From positions 606,792-670,791 of the forward strand of contig RDEW01000027.1 of NCBI GenBank assembly GCA_011109175.1: 64,000 bases of DNA, given 5' to 3'. This DNA is from Dicyema japonicum (Eukaryota > Animalia > Dicyemida). Under the pieces are notes generated by a model. That model was not told where the DNA came from. It made no database searches and saw nothing but the letters and a program-made list of their open reading frames with translations. This document shows positions 62,780-64,000 of the stretch, piece after piece. Position 1 is the stretch's first letter; every line of letters starts with the position of its first letter. The translations under genes and the position numbers were made by a program.

Positions 62780-63250
62780 AGATCTTCTCTATGCTACACA
62801 ATGAGAGAGAAAGGCCGCAGTTCTGTGTATAATTTTGTGATCGAAGAATTTTCAGCTTTTTGGAAAAACATGTGGAGGGTTAAGCAATATATTTTAATAA
62901 AAAAATCTAATGAACTATCGATGGATATCTTGAAATCAAGATGGAGGCTCTTTGGCCATATCCTACCAATTGAGATAGACACTCCTACAAATATTGAAGT
63001 GGAAACATACTCCACGCAATGCGGAAAAACAATTTATGGAAGGCGGAGAGCTACACTATCATCTATTTTGAACCAGAAACTGAAAAATATCAGAAACTAA
63101 AACGCACAAAACTTTGACTACTTAAGAGAAAAAGCAAGAAACAGAGCTACTTGGAAGAGGATAATTAACGATATTGTTATGAACGTGGCACAAATGAAGC
63201 TTAATTTACTTTTTGACTTCTCGGGAGTGCTTAAAATAATATAATAATCA
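62780..63250 (+). mobile_element. RTE-like 3' fragment
   Basis: LSMDILKSRWRLFGHILPIEIDTP..GRRRATL, then a gtgct..(taa) tail. Confidence 0.8.
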
Positions 63251-64000
63251 AGATACGCTCCCAAAGTCATCTAGTCTTACGTAGATCCTTGGTGACCTTT
63301 TGGATCATCCTGGAAATCTCTCATTTCCTTGAATTTAACTAAAAGGCTCCAGACTGTTTGTCAATAAATCTGTCTAAGATTGTCGCACTGTTAGAAAAGT
63401 GGAGGAGAGCTGGAATTAAGGTATAATAAGAGATAAGAGAGAAAGGAGCTGGCTAATTGAACGCAATTCCTTTCAAATCATCAGGGGAAATGAGCTCAAT
63501 TATAAGATCATCCAGTAGTTTTTAACTTATTTTTTGCATTGAATAAATGTGTATTTATGTAAAAAAGTTAAATTACAATAAAACACAATATAATAAAAAT
63601 AAAACTCACATATCAAAACTCTCCAATCTATTTATAATAAACAAATTTATACCTAGTCATCCTAACTTTACCATTAATATCTCCAACCCCCATTAGACCA
63701 GTCGTGGGGGAAAAATCAGCCACAGTACAAACTCCCATGTCATTCAATGGGAAATTACTAAATACAGAGCGACCACCGACATGAATCTAAAATAACCAAA
63801 TTGTCCCACCAATTTGATAGCATTCACCTTGTGACAAGACAGAATACTCAAAACAGAAGACGACCGGTCAAATACGCTATGACTACATGAGGTTACAAGA
63901 TTGGAAAAAGTGCGAATGGGAGTAGGACTAGGAATGCTGAGACAGTCTACACTCGAATACATGTTTACAATGCCAGTACTGGACCTACAAATTAAAACCA

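Noticed and set aside
1-64000. Prokaryotic systems (CRISPR, operons, defence islands), rRNA or tRNA genes, alternative genetic code
   Set aside because: No regularly spaced repeat-spacer array or RNA-gene signature was seen. Conserved genes are spliced and end at standard TAA/TAG, with no in-frame stops in the fully resolved IDH3A exons.

Overview
Eukaryotic, AT-rich, transposon-dense window. It uses the standard genetic code and GT-AG introns of mostly 21-35 nt, so the ORF track shows only gene fragments. Host genes reconstructed by splicing by eye are GPALPP1 (-), NIM1K-like kinase (-), RTEL1 (-), nicastrin (-), CEP78 (-) head-to-head with IDH3A (+), a PA-TM-RING E3 ligase (+), a Qa-syntaxin (+), a WD40 protein (-) and an unidentified acidic protein (-). 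The gene set looks metazoan. Tiny introns together with a centriole/cilium gene (CEP78) suggest a miniaturised ciliated animal such as a dicyemid or orthonectid; this is inference and is not established. Between genes lie LINEs (Jockey/I-like, many RTE-like 3' ends, a near-complete CRE-like RLE element) and DNA transposons (hAT Charlie/Buster with TIRs and an 8-bp TSD, Tigger/pogo nested in an RTE, Merlin and Tc1 remnants). I found no rRNA, tRNA or CRISPR array and no convincing new multi-gene system. The best leads are a PHD-bearing CRE-like retroelement, a 2A-like motif in front of an APE endonuclease, an unclassified dispersed repeat with conserved intron-like segments, and lineage-specific reductions in host proteins. 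All family assignments come from remembered motifs, not database searches. Boundaries of decayed elements are approximate.
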